This document shows positions 11,383-21,344 of a stretch of DNA of 64,000 bases, piece by piece. The notes beneath the pieces were generated by a model. The model was not told the DNA's origin. It was given only the letters and a program-made list of their open reading frames with translations, and ran no database searches. Numbering within the stretch: the stretch's first letter is position 1; every line of letters starts with the position of its first letter. The position numbers and the translations under genes are program-made. Origin of the DNA: Clostridia bacterium (GTDB lineage Bacteria; Bacillota; Clostridia; TANB77; CAG-508); NCBI GenBank assembly GCA_045643205.1, contig JAZUKI010000010.1, positions 96,001 to 160,000 of the forward strand. Direction: 5' to 3'.

Positions 11383-12516
11383 ATGGAAAAAAATGGAATA
11401 TACGTTCATATTCCTTTTTGTAAAAGTAAATGTTATTATTGCGATTTTACTTCATTTGCAGATAAAAACAAATTAGAAGGCAAATATATAAAATGTTTGA
11501 AAAAAGAAATTATTAACAGAAAAGATAATAACATGAATATAGATACAATATATATTGGAGGCGGAACTCCATCATACATTAATGAAAAATATATTGTTGA
11601 AATACTAAATACAATTAGGGAAAATTTTAATGTTATAGAAAATGCTGAAATAACTATTGAAGCAAACCCAGGCACTATAACTGAAGAAAATTTAAAAACT
11701 TATTTAAAATGTGGAATTAATAGAATTAGTATTGGATTACAGTCTTCTAGAAATGAAGTTTTAAAATCAATTGGAAGAATACATACATTTGAGCAATGGG
11801 GTAATGCTATATTGATGGCAAAGAAAGTTGGCTTTAAAAATATCAATACAGATATTATTGTCGGATTACCTGGCCAATCAATATATGATATTGAAGATGC
11901 TATTGATCAAATAATTGAATATGATTTACAACATGTATCTGTTTATTCATTAATAGTAGAAGAAGGAACACCATTAGAAAAAATGATTAAAGAGGGTGAA
12001 CTAAAAACTACAGATGAAGAACTTGAAAGATATATGTATTGGTTTGCAAAAAGAAAACTAGAGGATAACGGATATAGACATTATGAAATATCAAATTTTG
12101 CAAGAGAAGGATTTGAATCAAAACATAATTTGAATTGTTGGAATCAACATAGTTATTTAGGATTTGGAATTGCAGCATCTTCATATGAATATAAAATTAG
12201 AAAAACAAATATTTGCAATTTAGAAATGTACATAAAAAATATTGAAGAAGAGAACTTTGAAAGCCTATATACAATCGAGGAAGAGCAAGATAAAGAAAGT
12301 GAAATGAAAGAATTTATGATGTTAGGCTTAAGAAAAATAGACGGTGTTGATGTTGGCGACTTTAGAATGAAATTTGCAAGCGATGTATTTGTTGTTTTTA
12401 AAAAAGAGATTGAAAAACTTTTGACAGATGGTTTAATAGAATTAGAAAAGAGTAATATAAGACTTACAAAAAAAGGTTTAGATTTAGCAAATATAGTTTG
12501 GGAAGAATTTGTATAG
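11383..12516 (+). CDS. hemW: Radical SAM heme chaperone HemW (HemN-like)
   Basis: YVHIPFCKSKCYYCDF, GGGTPS, YEISNF, HNLNCW. Confidence 0.9.
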   Translation: MEKNGIYVHIPFCKSKCYYCDFTSFADKNKLEGKYIKCLKKEIINRKDNNMNIDTIYIGGGTPSYINEKYIVEILNTIRENFNVIENAEITIEANPGTITEENLKTYLKCGINRISIGLQSSRNEVLKSIGRIHTFEQWGNAILMAKKVGFKNINTDIIVGLPGQSIYDIEDAIDQIIEYDLQHVSVYSLIVEEGTPLEKMIKEGELKTTDEELERYMYWFAKRKLEDNGYRHYEISNFAREGFESKHNLNCWNQHSYLGFGIAASSYEYKIRKTNICNLEMYIKNIEEENFESLYTIEEEQDKESEMKEFMMLGLRKIDGVDVGDFRMKFASDVFVVFKKEIEKLLTDGLIELEKSNIRLTKKGLDLANIVWEEFV

Positions 12517-12603
12517 TGTTTTTTTAATCTAAATAATAGTGTTTTTTGATCTGAATAAGTGATTTTTTTGTATATGAATAAACATTTTTACAAGATTTTT
12601 TCG

Positions 12604-12632
12604 TTGACACAGTATTTTTTAAAGTGTAAAAT
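12604..12632 (+). promoter_or_regulatory. Sigma-A promoter
   Basis: TTGACA-N17-TAAAAT. Confidence 0.7.
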
Positions 12633-12679
12633 AAAAAATGTTATAAGTTTAACAAAAGTAATAGAGAGGAACAAAAGCA

Positions 12680-13015
12680 ATGGCTAAAGGAAATAAAAGA
12701 AAAAAGATTAAAGCTGAAGAATTAGAAAAAGAAACAATCGAAAATGAAATAATCGATGAAGAATTAGATGAAGTAAATGAATTTGATGAAGAAATAGAAA
12801 ATGAAACAGATGAAGATTCTATAGATAATCTAATTGATGAAAAAATTGGAAAAGATAAAAAGAAAAAGAAGAAGGCAAAGCAACCAATGAAATATAGAGC
12901 TAAAAAAGGCATAGTAAGAATAATCGCCCTAATTGCATTAATAACAATGGTTGCAGCAACATTTGGTACATTAATTTTTTATTTTATTTATTACGTATTA
13001 GGCGGTAATATGTAA
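12680..13015 (+). CDS. Small hypothetical membrane protein: acidic N-terminus, basic patch, C-terminal TM
   Basis: RBS GAGG; Glu/Asp-rich stretch, KKKKKK, then ~28 hydrophobic residues. Confidence 0.75.
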   Translation: MAKGNKRKKIKAEELEKETIENEIIDEELDEVNEFDEEIENETDEDSIDNLIDEKIGKDKKKKKKAKQPMKYRAKKGIVRIIALIALITMVAATFGTLIFYFIYYVLGGNM

Positions 13016-13127
13016 AACTATGTATATAGTTGAATATGAAAAAAAGCATAGTTAAACGTATGAAAATATATAGTTAAAAATGTATGAATAGATAATAGCA
13101 AAATATAGAGAAAAGGAAGAATAAAAA

Positions 13128-14090
13128 ATGTTTGATAATTTATCAACATTGGATTTATTAAGTTATTTCAATGAAATACAAGGAAATCCATGGTTAATAG
13201 CAGCATTTGTATGCGACATTTTAATTTTATTATTTTTTATTTATGAATTTATTAAATTTGCAAACAAATCTAAAGCATGGCAATTAATTAAAGGTATTGC
13301 AATATTAGTTGTTATGACTTTCTTATCTAATTTGTTAAATTTAAAAATACTTAATTTCATTTTAACCTCATTTATTTCTTATGGAGTTATAGCAATTATT
13401 ATTATATTCCAACCAGAATTGAGAAGGGGATTAGAAAAATTAGGTTCATCAGGATTCTTTAAATCACTTGCTTTAAGCAATGATTTAAGAACAAAAGCAA
13501 AAGAAGATATTTATAAAGTTGCTATAGCAGCTGAAGAAATGGCTTCAACAAAAACAGGAGCATTAATTGTTTTTGAAAATGAAATTAGATTACAAGAAGT
13601 AATTGAAAATGGAGTTTTAATTGATTCTGAAGTATCACCTCAATTACTTTGCAATATATTTGTTCCAAATACACCACTTCACGATGGTGCTGTAATTATT
13701 AGAGATAATGCAATAGCTGCTGCAGCATGTATTTTACCTGTTGCAGATGATAAATCAATAAATAAAAAGTACGGAACAAGACATAGAGCAGCTATCGAAA
13801 TAACAAAAGAAACAGATGCTATTGCAGTAGTTGTTTCTGAAGAGACAGGAAAGATTTCAATAGCTAAAGATGGAACATTAATTGAAGGTGTTACAGATGA
13901 TGCTTTAAAAAGAATTTTAATAAAACATTTAGTTGTTTCAAAATTCGGATCAGATAATTCAGAAAAAATTAAAAAGATAAAAGAAGATATAACTGATAGA
14001 AAAAGCAAAAAGAAGAAAAAAGAAGATGCTACAGCTAGATATGAAAAACTAAAGAATGAAATTAGTGATGATAATGATTCAGAAGAATAA
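13128..14090 (+). CDS. cdaA: Diadenylate cyclase CdaA
   Basis: Three TMs, FQPELRRGLE, TPLHDGA, GTRHRAA, VVSEETG. Confidence 0.96.
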   Translation: MFDNLSTLDLLSYFNEIQGNPWLIAAFVCDILILLFFIYEFIKFANKSKAWQLIKGIAILVVMTFLSNLLNLKILNFILTSFISYGVIAIIIIFQPELRRGLEKLGSSGFFKSLALSNDLRTKAKEDIYKVAIAAEEMASTKTGALIVFENEIRLQEVIENGVLIDSEVSPQLLCNIFVPNTPLHDGAVIIRDNAIAAAACILPVADDKSINKKYGTRHRAAIEITKETDAIAVVVSEETGKISIAKDGTLIEGVTDDALKRILIKHLVVSKFGSDNSEKIKKIKEDITDRKSKKKKKEDATARYEKLKNEISDDNDSEE

Positions 14091-14156
14091 ATAATGGAGA
14101 GCTATATAAGTAGCTCTTCATTTATTCGTATAAAGTGTTTTATAAAGAGGAATTAT

Positions 14157-14897
14157 ATGAGAAATATTAAATTAATCATAGAATATGATGGAAAAGATTT
14201 TAATGGTTGGCAGAAACAACCTAACAAATTGAATATTCAAGGTGAAATTGAAAGAGCTATTGAAGTTATTACTGGAGGAGAAAAAGTTGAATTAATAGCA
14301 TCTGGAAGAACTGACGCTGGCGTAAATGCATTAGGGCAAGTTGCTAATTTTAGAACTGAATCAACTATGCCTATTGAGAAAATGGCGTATGCAATTAATT
14401 CACAATTAAAGAAATCTATTAGAATTCAAAGTGCCGAAGAAGTTGATGAAAAATTTCATTCTAGATATACTTGCAAGAAAAAAACTTATAGATATACAAT
14501 TAACAACTCTGAGCAAGGTAGTGCAATTTATAGATATATGCAATATCATTATCCAGTAAAACTAGATGCTGAAAGAATGGATGAGGCTGTTAAATATCTT
14601 ATTGGAGAACATGATTTTAAATCTTTTAAAGCTAGTGGAACTTCAAGTAAAAGTTCTGTTAGAGAGATATATGATGCTAAAGTATGGCGTGAAGGTGATT
14701 TAATACAGATTGAACTTACAGGTAATGGATTTTTATATAATATGATTAGAATAATTGCTGGAACTCTTATAGAAGTAGGAGAAGGCGAAATTGAGCCAAT
14801 TGAGGTTAAAAATATATTAGAGGCAAAAGACAGAAATAAAGCAGGGAAAACTGTTTCACCTAATGGATTATGTTTGATGGGAGTTGAATATGAATAA
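14157..14897 (+). CDS. truA: tRNA pseudouridine(38-40) synthase
   Basis: EYDGKDFNGWQKQP, SGRTDAGV, GFLYNMIR; start moved to ATG 14157. Confidence 0.97.
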   Translation: MRNIKLIIEYDGKDFNGWQKQPNKLNIQGEIERAIEVITGGEKVELIASGRTDAGVNALGQVANFRTESTMPIEKMAYAINSQLKKSIRIQSAEEVDEKFHSRYTCKKKTYRYTINNSEQGSAIYRYMQYHYPVKLDAERMDEAVKYLIGEHDFKSFKASGTSSKSSVREIYDAKVWREGDLIQIELTGNGFLYNMIRIIAGTLIEVGEGEIEPIEVKNILEAKDRNKAGKTVSPNGLCLMGVEYE

Positions 14898-14902
14898 AAC
14901 CC

Positions 14903-14931
14903 TTGAAATATCTCAAAAAGAGTGATATAAT
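14903..14931 (+). promoter_or_regulatory. Sigma-A promoter of tig
   Basis: TTGAAA-N17-TATAAT with TGn extension. Confidence 0.7.
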
Positions 14932-14970
14932 ACTAAGGCGTTTTATTAAAAAAGGAAGGAAGTTTTAAAA

Positions 14971-16308
14971 ATGAGTTTAAAACAAGAAAAAACAAGTAAT
15001 AAGAATGAATTAAAATTAACTTTTACAGTAGAAGCAGCTGAATTTGATGATACAATTGTAAAAGTTTATAAAAAGAGTGCTCATTATTTCAATATACCTG
15101 GATTTAGAAAGGGAAAAGCACCTTTAGCAATAGTTGAAAAACAATATGGTTCAGCTATTTTCTATGAAGATGCATTCAATGAAATATTCCCAGCTGTATA
15201 TGAAAAAGAATTAAAAGAAGCTAAAATCGACGTAGCAAGCCGTCCAAGAGACATTGATCCTGTTCAAATGGAAAAAGGAAAAGACTTAATTTTCACATGT
15301 TTAGTTGATACAGAACCAGAAGTAAAATTAGGAAAATATAAAGGTATTGAAATCGAGAACAAAGAATACACAGTATCTGATGAAGATGTTCAACATGAAT
15401 TAGAACATTTAGCTGAACATAATTCAAGATTAGTAAGTGTTGATGATAGAGCAGCTAAAGAAAATGACACAGTAACAATTGACTTTGATGGTCAATGCGA
15501 TGGTGAACATTTCCAAGGTGGAAAAGCTGAAGATTATGATTTAGTTTTAGGAAGCCATAGCTTTATTAGTGGATTTGAAGATCAAGTAATCGGAATGAAA
15601 ATTGGCGAAGAGAAAGACGTTAATGTTACATTCCCAGAAGATTACTTTGAAAAGAAATTAGCTGGAAAACCAGCAACATTTGCTGTTAAAGTAAAAGAAA
15701 TCAAAGTTAAAGAATTACCTACAATTGATGATGAATTTGCTAAAGATGTTAGCGAATTTGATACATTAGCTGATTTAAAGAACGATATTAAAGTTAAAAA
15801 GACTGAAGAAAATAATAGAAAAGCTCAAATGGAAATGGAAGATGAAGTTCTTGATAAATTAGTTGAAGCAAGTGAAATAGATGTTCCTAAGGGAATGGTT
15901 GATCTTGAAATTGATCAAATGATTGAAAACATTTCTCAAAGACTTCAATATCAAGGATTACAATTTGCTCAATATTTAAAAATGATGGGCAAGACAGAAG
16001 AGCAAGCTAGAGAAGAATTCAGACCAGAAGCTGAAAAGAATGTTAAAACTAGATTAGTTATTGAAGCAGTTGTTGAAGCTGAAAAAATCGAAGCTGATGC
16101 TGAACATGTTAAAGAACATTTAGAAGAATTAGCAAAACAATATAACCAAAAAGTTGAAGATATTGAAAAGAATGAAGATGTTAAAGAATACTTCGAAAAA
16201 GCTGTTCAAAATGAAGATGCAGTTAAATTCTTAGTAGATAATGCTAAAAAAGTAGCAGCAAAAAAAGATGATTCAGATAAAAAAGAAAAGAAAACAACAA
16301 AGAAATAA
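14971..16308 (+). CDS. tig: Trigger factor
   Basis: IPGFRKGKAP, FKBP domain (FISGFEDQ, VTFPEDY). Confidence 0.98.
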   Translation: MSLKQEKTSNKNELKLTFTVEAAEFDDTIVKVYKKSAHYFNIPGFRKGKAPLAIVEKQYGSAIFYEDAFNEIFPAVYEKELKEAKIDVASRPRDIDPVQMEKGKDLIFTCLVDTEPEVKLGKYKGIEIENKEYTVSDEDVQHELEHLAEHNSRLVSVDDRAAKENDTVTIDFDGQCDGEHFQGGKAEDYDLVLGSHSFISGFEDQVIGMKIGEEKDVNVTFPEDYFEKKLAGKPATFAVKVKEIKVKELPTIDDEFAKDVSEFDTLADLKNDIKVKKTEENNRKAQMEMEDEVLDKLVEASEIDVPKGMVDLEIDQMIENISQRLQYQGLQFAQYLKMMGKTEEQAREEFRPEAEKNVKTRLVIEAVVEAEKIEADAEHVKEHLEELAKQYNQKVEDIEKNEDVKEYFEKAVQNEDAVKFLVDNAKKVAAKKDDSDKKEKKTTKK

Positions 16309-16321
16309 TAAGTAAATTACG

Positions 16322-16348
16322 ATAGGATGGGGATTTTCTCCATCCTAT
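16322..16348 (+). terminator. Hairpin after tig
   Basis: ATAGGATGGGGA-TTT-TCTCCATCCTAT. Confidence 0.6.
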
Positions 16349-16483
16349 TGTGCATTTTAAGTGAATTTTGTTGATTAAAGTTTAACAAAATTATATAATA
16401 GGAGCGTGAATTTATTGTATTGATATGTTTATATTATCAATAGCATATAAATCTTAATATCATACGAAAGGAAGAAGTTTAAT

Positions 16484-17092
16484 ATGAAAAATGAAAAAGA
16501 CAGTTTAGTACCTTATGTAATTGAACAAACATCTAAAGGCGAAAGATCTTATGATATTTATTCAAGATTATTAAAGGACAGAATTATATTTTTAAGTGAG
16601 GATGTTAATCCTACAACAGCTAGTTTAGTAATAGCTCAAATGCTATTCTTAGAGAGCGAAGATCCAGATAAGGAAATTAATTTCTATATTAATTCACCTG
16701 GAGGATCAGTTACAGATGGCTTAGGTATCATTGATACAATGAATTATATCAAATGCCCAGTTAAAACTATTTGTATAGGAATGGCTGCATCTATGGGTGC
16801 ATTATTATTAACATCTGGAACAAAAGGAATGAGATATGCAACACCAAATGCAGAAATCTTAATTCATCAACCATTAATCGGTGGAAATGGAATTTCTGGA
16901 CAACAAACAGAAATTCAAATTCAAGCTGATCAAATGAAGAAAACAAGAGAAACAATAAATAAGATTATTTCTGAAACAACAGGAAAATCAATTGAAGATG
17001 TTCAAAAAGATACAGAAAGAGATCATTATTTAACAGCTCAAGAAGCTTTAGAATATGGATTAATAGACGAAATCATAACAAAGAGACAATAA
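16484..17092 (+). CDS. clpP: ATP-dependent Clp protease proteolytic subunit
   Basis: [30 protein letters not shown]. Confidence 0.98.
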   Translation: MKNEKDSLVPYVIEQTSKGERSYDIYSRLLKDRIIFLSEDVNPTTASLVIAQMLFLESEDPDKEINFYINSPGGSVTDGLGIIDTMNYIKCPVKTICIGMAASMGALLLTSGTKGMRYATPNAEILIHQPLIGGNGISGQQTEIQIQADQMKKTRETINKIISETTGKSIEDVQKDTERDHYLTAQEALEYGLIDEIITKRQ

Positions 17093-17108
17093 TACATAAA
17101 GGAGTAAC

Positions 17109-18362
17109 ATGGCAAACAGTAAAGACAAGAACATAAAATGCTCATTTTGTGGAAAATTACAAGATGAAGTTAAAAGAATCATTTCAGGTCCAGATGGAGC
17201 ATATATCTGCAATGAATGTATAGAAATTTGCCAACAAATTATCGAAGCAGATATGTTTGGTAAGTATGATGAAGATAAATATACAATTGCAGAAGAACAA
17301 AAGTTACCAACACCAGAAGAAATAAAAAAATCACTTGATGAGTATATTATTGGACAAGATGAAGCAAAAAAAACACTTGCAGTTGCTGTCTATAATCATT
17401 ATAAGAGAATTAATAATCAGAAAGATGATGATAACGATGTTGAAATTCAAAAGAGTAATATATTATTACTTGGCCCAACAGGTTGTGGAAAAACATACTT
17501 AGCACAAACACTTGCAAAAACATTAAGAGTTCCATTTGCTATAGCTGATGCAACAACTCTTACAGAAGCAGGATATGTTGGTGAAGATGTTGAAAACATT
17601 TTATTAAAATTAATTCAAGCAGCTGATTATAATGTTGAAAGAGCTCAAAAAGGAATTATCTATATAGATGAAATAGACAAAATTTCAAGAAAGTCTGAAA
17701 ATCCTTCAATCACAAGAGATGTTAGCGGAGAAGGAGTTCAACAAGCTTTATTAAAAATTGTTGAAGGAACAGTAGCTAATGTTCCACCACAAGGAGGAAG
17801 AAAACATCCTCAGCAAGAATTTATACAAATAGATACATCAAATATTTTATTTATTTGTGGAGGAGCTTTTGAAGGATTAGAAAAAACAATTAATGAGAGA
17901 ACAGGTAAAAAACAAATTGGATTTGGTAGTGAAATATATGATTCTTCTAAATTCGATAAATATGATGTTTTTGAACAATTATTACCTGAAGACTTAATAA
18001 AATTTGGAATTATTCCAGAACTTGTAGGAAGACTTCCAATTATAGCAACATTGAAAGAATTAGATAGAAATGCATTAATTGAAATTATGACTAAACCAAA
18101 GAATGCTTTAGTAAAACAATATAAGAAACTATTTGATATAGATAATGTTAAACTAGAGTTTGATAAAGATGCATTAGAAGCAATAGTAGATAAAGCAATT
18201 GAAAGAAAGACAGGAGCTAGAGGATTACGTGCAATTATGGAAGATACCATGAGAGATGTAATGTATGAAATTCCATCAAATCCTAAAATTGCTAAATGTA
18301 CAATAACTAAAGAGACAGTTAATGAAAAGACAAAACCAAAAATCAAGATAATAGATCGATAA
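17109..18362 (+). CDS. clpX: ATP-dependent Clp protease ATPase subunit ClpX
   Basis: C4 zinc finger, [21 protein letters not shown] loop, TGARGLR. Confidence 0.98.
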   Translation: MANSKDKNIKCSFCGKLQDEVKRIISGPDGAYICNECIEICQQIIEADMFGKYDEDKYTIAEEQKLPTPEEIKKSLDEYIIGQDEAKKTLAVAVYNHYKRINNQKDDDNDVEIQKSNILLLGPTGCGKTYLAQTLAKTLRVPFAIADATTLTEAGYVGEDVENILLKLIQAADYNVERAQKGIIYIDEIDKISRKSENPSITRDVSGEGVQQALLKIVEGTVANVPPQGGRKHPQQEFIQIDTSNILFICGGAFEGLEKTINERTGKKQIGFGSEIYDSSKFDKYDVFEQLLPEDLIKFGIIPELVGRLPIIATLKELDRNALIEIMTKPKNALVKQYKKLFDIDNVKLEFDKDALEAIVDKAIERKTGARGLRAIMEDTMRDVMYEIPSNPKIAKCTITKETVNEKTKPKIKIIDR

Positions 18363-18386
18363 GAGGGCTTATTGAATATTATAAAT

Positions 18387-18450
18387 AAAACCTAGTATTT
18401 ATTTAGTGTTACCCAAAAGGTACATTTTATAAATACTAGGTTTTTCTTTT
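18387..18450. terminator. Bidirectional terminator between clpX and the GH57 gene
   Basis: Perfect 16-bp stem AAAACCTAGTATTTAT/ATAAATACTAGGTTTT. Confidence 0.7.
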
Positions 18451-18527
18451 TAATATAATTAATAAAAATTAGAAATTAATAAAATATAATTGATAAAAAT
18501 TAAAAATATAATGATAAAAATTATATT

Positions 18528-20153
18528 TTAATAATATAACATATAATCCATTTCAGGGAATATGCAATCCTTTTCTTCAATACATTTTAATAAATCAAGT
18601 TTTTCATCAGATAAAGTATTGTTGTTTCTAAGTTCCGTATCTTCTTTAATCCATAAATACAACTTTGTGAATCTTCCAATATGTTCTTTTACACGTTTTT
18701 TAGCATAATCAACCATTGTTCCATTTGTAATAATAAATAACCAATCAGAGCTTTGGGCAAGAACTAATTCACGAGCTGCTTGATTCATAATTCTTCGTTT
18801 GATACTATCATTAGTTTCGTTAGGAAACATACTAGCCATTTCACACATTTTATCACCAGCAACATGTAAATGGCGATGAATGTAATCATTAGTTGGATTT
18901 AACCAAACTTCACTATAACCTTTAGCGCCCCAAGAACTTCTACAAGGAGTAGAAACTTGGATTTCTGGATATTTTTCAATATATTCGCCAGGTGTAATTA
19001 ATTCAAAATTACATTTATCATAATAAATTTTCTTAGCTAAAGTATATAACCAATCAGGACCTTCATACCACCAATGTCCGTAAAGTTCTGCATCATAAGG
19101 GCAAACAATAATTGGAGGATTGTTAGTTTTGCTAGCAAGTTCTTTAATTTGTTTTTGCCTACAATCGAAGAAATGACCAGCTTGCATATTAATTGTGTCC
19201 TGAGCCCATTGTAAATCATAAATATCTTTTTCCTGATTTTTACCTGTGATTCTGTGATACTTGATACCTGTATTAACTCTAACACCATTATTACAAATAT
19301 ATGGCTTAATGTAGTCATAAGGAGCATCATAACCAATGTCACGATAAAACTCTCTATAATTTACATCTCCAGGATAACCATTAATTGATGACCAAACTTG
19401 TCTTGATGATTCTAAATCTCTACCAAATGCAACTAAACCGTTTGGAGAAACAATTGGAGCATAAGTTCCATATAGAGGAGTAGGGTCAGCATATAGAATA
19501 CCATGTGTTTCAACTAAAACATATTGTACACCGAACTCTTTTAGATATTTATCTGCTTCAGGAACATATCCACATTCAGGTAACCAAAAACCTTTTATTG
19601 GTTTATCAAAATATTTATTATAAGTTTGTACACCAAGAGCAATTTGAGCTCGGACTGTTTTTTCATTTACATATAAAATAGGGAAGTAGCCATGAGTGGC
19701 ACCACAACCAATAATTTCAAGTACTCCCATATTATTAAATTCTTTAAATTTATTGATTAAATTACAATTACATTCTTCAGTAAAGAAACGTAAATCTTCA
19801 CTATATCTATCAAAATAGTAATGAGAAAGTTTATTAATTCTTTCATCATATTTTGTTCTTTCAATCTCTTTTTCAGCAAGTTCAATATGTTGTTTTAAAT
19901 ACTTAATATATCTATCTTGCAAAAGTTTATTATCAAGCATATTTAATAGAGGCGGAGTAAGAGACATAGTAAATCTAAATTTTACGCCTTCATTAACTAA
20001 TTTTTGATAAGTTTTAAGTAAAGGTATATAAGTTTCTGATATAGCCTCAAATAGCCATTGTTCTTCTAAGTAATCTTCTGATTCTGGATGATGAACAAAA
20101 GGTAAATGAGCATGTAGTACAAAACTAATATAACCTTTGTTTTTTTTATTCAT
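18528..20153 (-). CDS. GH57 1,4-alpha-glucan branching enzyme (DUF1957 C-terminus)
   Basis: HAHLPFV, ETYIPLL, FWLPECGY, PYDAELYGHWW, LAQSSDW. Confidence 0.93.
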   Translation of the reverse strand: MNKKNKGYISFVLHAHLPFVHHPESEDYLEEQWLFEAISETYIPLLKTYQKLVNEGVKFRFTMSLTPPLLNMLDNKLLQDRYIKYLKQHIELAEKEIERTKYDERINKLSHYYFDRYSEDLRFFTEECNCNLINKFKEFNNMGVLEIIGCGATHGYFPILYVNEKTVRAQIALGVQTYNKYFDKPIKGFWLPECGYVPEADKYLKEFGVQYVLVETHGILYADPTPLYGTYAPIVSPNGLVAFGRDLESSRQVWSSINGYPGDVNYREFYRDIGYDAPYDYIKPYICNNGVRVNTGIKYHRITGKNQEKDIYDLQWAQDTINMQAGHFFDCRQKQIKELASKTNNPPIIVCPYDAELYGHWWYEGPDWLYTLAKKIYYDKCNFELITPGEYIEKYPEIQVSTPCRSSWGAKGYSEVWLNPTNDYIHRHLHVAGDKMCEMASMFPNETNDSIKRRIMNQAARELVLAQSSDWLFIITNGTMVDYAKKRVKEHIGRFTKLYLWIKEDTELRNNNTLSDEKLDLLKCIEEKDCIFPEMDYMLYY

Positions 20154-20210
20154 TTTATAACTCCATACTTTTTAAAATAAAAAGGCTTTCTATTTCCATA
20201 GAAAACCTTA

Positions 20211-21161
20211 CTAAAATGCCTTTAAGGTAGATGTTGGATTTCCAGATGAAGGGTTATTTAGGTCAAATCTATCATCTTGATCAGAAAGGTTACAATTTTT
20301 ATAAATGTCTTTAACTATTGTTGCATCATCTTTTAAATTTATTTCGTGAACTCTAACATTGTTATTAGAAATGTTTTTAAAGTATAATTTATCATGATTT
20401 TTATAGAATAAAACATGATCATTAGGGTTTTCAATTGGGTTAGACCAAGATAAATTAACATAGTCAGTATTTAAATCATTAAATTTATTTGTAATAGATT
20501 GGTGTTCCTTAGGTCTACGTCCTAATTCAACAGTATAAGTACATTTTGAATCATTAACGTGAATATACCAATTGTTTGCAAAATCATCAATTGTTTCTTC
20601 AAATGTGTAATTATCGGTTAAATTGTGGATAACTAATACAGGATAAGTGTCATTAAAGAAATTATCACCATATGTTTGAAGTAATTGATTTCTATCATAA
20701 TCGTTCAAATCCCAATAAACAAATAGAGTAGTAGGATTCTGAGCTAATAGTTTTATTATAGTATGATTATATCTATAAGGTAAATCATAGTATTCAGGAA
20801 CATCTTTAAAAGGAACTTGAGTTAAATCTTTTTCAACTTTAGAAACTTTTGAAACTTTTTTGACAGTAGTCTTTTTTGCAGTTGTTTTAGGTGATTTAGT
20901 TGTAGACTTAGCAATTGTCTTACTTGCAGATTTTGCACCTGGTTTAGCTGACTTAGATGCAGTCTTTACAACTGGTTTAACTGATTTAGCTGCAGTTTTT
21001 GCAACTGGTTTAACCGATTTAGTTGCAGTTTTTGCAACTGGTTTAACTGACTTAGTGGTTGACTTAGTTTTAGATTTAGTTGTTGTTTTTGACTTGGTTT
21101 TTGCAGGTTTATCAACAGTTTTAGCACTATCTAATAAATCTATAATCTTAGACCTTGGCAA
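20211..21161 (-). CDS. DUF4912-domain protein with Lys/Ala/Thr-rich histone-like N-terminal repeats
   Basis: LPYRY...LLAQNPTTLFVYWD, NNWYIHV, YTVELG; adjacent to GH57; TTG start after AGGAGG. Confidence 0.85.
   Translation of the reverse strand: MPRSKIIDLLDSAKTVDKPAKTKSKTTTKSKTKSTTKSVKPVAKTATKSVKPVAKTAAKSVKPVVKTASKSAKPGAKSASKTIAKSTTKSPKTTAKKTTVKKVSKVSKVEKDLTQVPFKDVPEYYDLPYRYNHTIIKLLAQNPTTLFVYWDLNDYDRNQLLQTYGDNFFNDTYPVLVIHNLTDNYTFEETIDDFANNWYIHVNDSKCTYTVELGRRPKEHQSITNKFNDLNTDYVNLSWSNPIENPNDHVLFYKNHDKLYFKNISNNNVRVHEINLKDDATIVKDIYKNCNLSDQDDRFDLNNPSSGNPTSTLKAF
20900..21060 (-). repeat. 33-bp coding tandem repeat (KSVKPVAKTAT) in the DUF4912 gene
   Basis: About 4 units of type gcaactggtttaactgatttagttgcagttttt. 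Confidence 0.8.
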
Positions 21162-21344
21162 CTCAATTCCTCCTTTGTAAAAATAATCATAAATACACTA
21201 AATATTTTATAACAACGAATTATTATTTACAATAGAATAATACAAATTACAAATATGTAATATGAAAAAATCTGATTTACTTTATTAGACTTTAGTGCTA
21301 TAATTTCTGTGTTTACTAATGATAATTATTGTGGGAGGCATTGA

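Noticed and set aside
13415-13435. AGG codon reassignment
   Set aside because: AGG encodes the conserved Arg of cdaA ELRRG, consistent with the standard code
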